From Yuukianura sp. NJ FZ-2021 (Eukaryota): 64,000 nucleotides of DNA. The position numbers and the translations under genes were made by a program. Of this stretch, positions 62,496 through 64,000 are shown in pieces. Under the pieces are notes generated by a model. It ran no database searches, was not told the DNA's origin, and saw nothing but the letters and a program-made list of their open reading frames with translations. How positions within the stretch are numbered: position 1 is the stretch's first letter; every line of letters starts with the position of its first letter. The stretch lies in contig CM102285.1 in NCBI GenBank assembly GCA_046563655.1, forward strand, positions 806,001-870,000, written 5' to 3'.

Positions 62496-64000
62496 CCGTA
62501 AAACGGGGTAATAAGGGACGCTTTTTGGTTATAGACTTCAATTTTGATCGGAAGAATATTTTTTCTTAAAAAAATTTTTGAGCAGATTTATGTCCATCAG
62601 TATGACCTATTTTTCAGTAGCAGGCCATTTTCGATTACACAAAAAAAGTAATCGATTACAGATTACTTGATTACATCTGAAATTCTGTAATCGATTACTG
62701 TCTTCGAATACGATTACTTAAGGCTGTAATCGTATTCGAAAATTAGTAATCTGTAATCTGTAATCGTAATCTAACAGTTAATTCGATTACATTTTTCGAT
62801 TACAACCAAACTCAAAAGTTGAACAAATTTTCCTTATTTCCTAAGCCAAAAGTTGAATTTTGTTAATTTTGTACTCTTACACTATTTTATTGAGCTTTTG
62901 GATCTGATATTGTCGGCACAAACTTGTCTGTCTGGCTCTCTTATTATGATAGGCCGGATAAGAAAGATCCAAAAAACGCTGTTTTAAGATCTTAAAAATT
63001 TCTTAAAAATGGTCCAAAAAAGCTCTAAAAAAGTTCTCATAAAAGTCAAAATAAGCCCTATTTAACCACTTTTGGTAAATGAAGTAAGCTCAAAAAGAGT
63101 ACTTAAATCAGCCGTCATTTAGTAAGTTTAGGTAAGGATTAACGACCGTCATTGTAGCCGTATAGTGTAGTCACTTCAGCCGTATTTTGTGGCTACAATG
63201 GACGGCCACACTTCAGTGGCAAGTTTTGGGTGCTAAATAATAAGCTAAACACACATATATTAAAGGAAAACTTTGATTTTTGTTGCGAAAATGGGGGTTT
63301 TCATTGAATTTAGCAAGAAAAAGTTCCCAAAAAGTTCCAAAAAATTTTTATAGCAAAAAAAGAATTTATAAGATTTTAAAGTTTTTAAAAGTTTTTAAAG
63401 ACGGGAAAGTTCTAAAAAAGATCTATCTTTCTTATCCGGCCTCTGCTTATTACATGGAATGTACCAAGGAATGGACATGAGGGGTTTTTCATGGAGCAAT
63501 ATCCAGGGTTGGGCTTATTTTGGAAAAAATGCCAGTAATCGAAATATTTTGATGAAGAGTTCGATTACGATTACCATTACTCAGTCGAAAATTTTGTAAT
63601 CGATTACACTGTCGATTACGATTACAGTACCCCTTTCGATTACAGATTACAGATTAGTAATCTGTAATCGTATTCTGTGTAATCGTGTAATCGAACCCCC
63701 TGTAATCGAAAATGGCCTGTTCAGTAGTATGACGCGTAACTTCCGGTTAACTATACCAAAGTTATTATTTTTAAACCAGTGTGTCCCTTATTACCCCAAG
63801 GTGGGGTTATAAGGGACACCACCTTTTCTTGGATTGATGTTCCGTTTTAGCAGTTCTATGGGGTTAAAAGGGACACCGAATAAATTTTTAAAAAATTATA
63901 GATTGTTTTAACAATAAGTTTAGTTAAAAAAATCAATGGATTTCGTCACAAAACGGTAAAGTTTACCTTAAATTCTGAAATTCGCCTCTGAGTTAGAAAA
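62496..64000. mobile_element. pogo-type MITE (runs off the window) containing nested hAT-like elements at 62621-63719 and 62948-63445
   Basis: TA|CCGTAAAACGGGGTAATAAGGGAC terminus; CAGGCCATTTTCGATTACA TIRs with TSD TTCAGTAG; inner AGGCCGGATAAGAAAG TIRs with TSD CTTATTAT/CTTATTAC. Confidence 0.75.

Noticed and set aside
62625-63715. GATTAC/GTAATC repeat clusters as a regulatory array or CRISPR
   Set aside because: Bounded by TIRs and an 8-bp TSD; these are transposon subterminal repeats

Overview
AT-rich eukaryotic DNA with GT-AG introns, from an arthropod. TTAGG repeats and expanded divergent chemoreceptors support this; a springtail-like hexapod is my inference, not confirmed. (1) 1-26 kb: a mosaic tandem array of a small unknown two-exon protein (4 copies) and two families of gustatory-receptor-like 7TM genes (3 intact, several pseudogenes), with nested non-autonomous DNA transposons and a deleted pogo element. 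(2) 26.9-33.1 kb: a two-exon HEPN(DZIP3-like)-TPR-SEL1-(OB-like)-MYND gene convergent with the housekeeping gene VAC14. (3) 34-64 kb: a second tandem array in which two kinds of divergent ionotropic-receptor-like genes are co-duplicated with stonustoxin/neoverrucotoxin-like (MACPF/CDC-type) genes. Two secreted 30-cysteine proteins built of five tandem defensin-like modules sit inside it, along with a 5'-truncated LINE and a multiply nested MITE. The most notable items are the HEPN-effector gene, the five-module defensin-like pair and the toxin/receptor co-duplication. Domain calls come from motif recognition by eye, not database searches.
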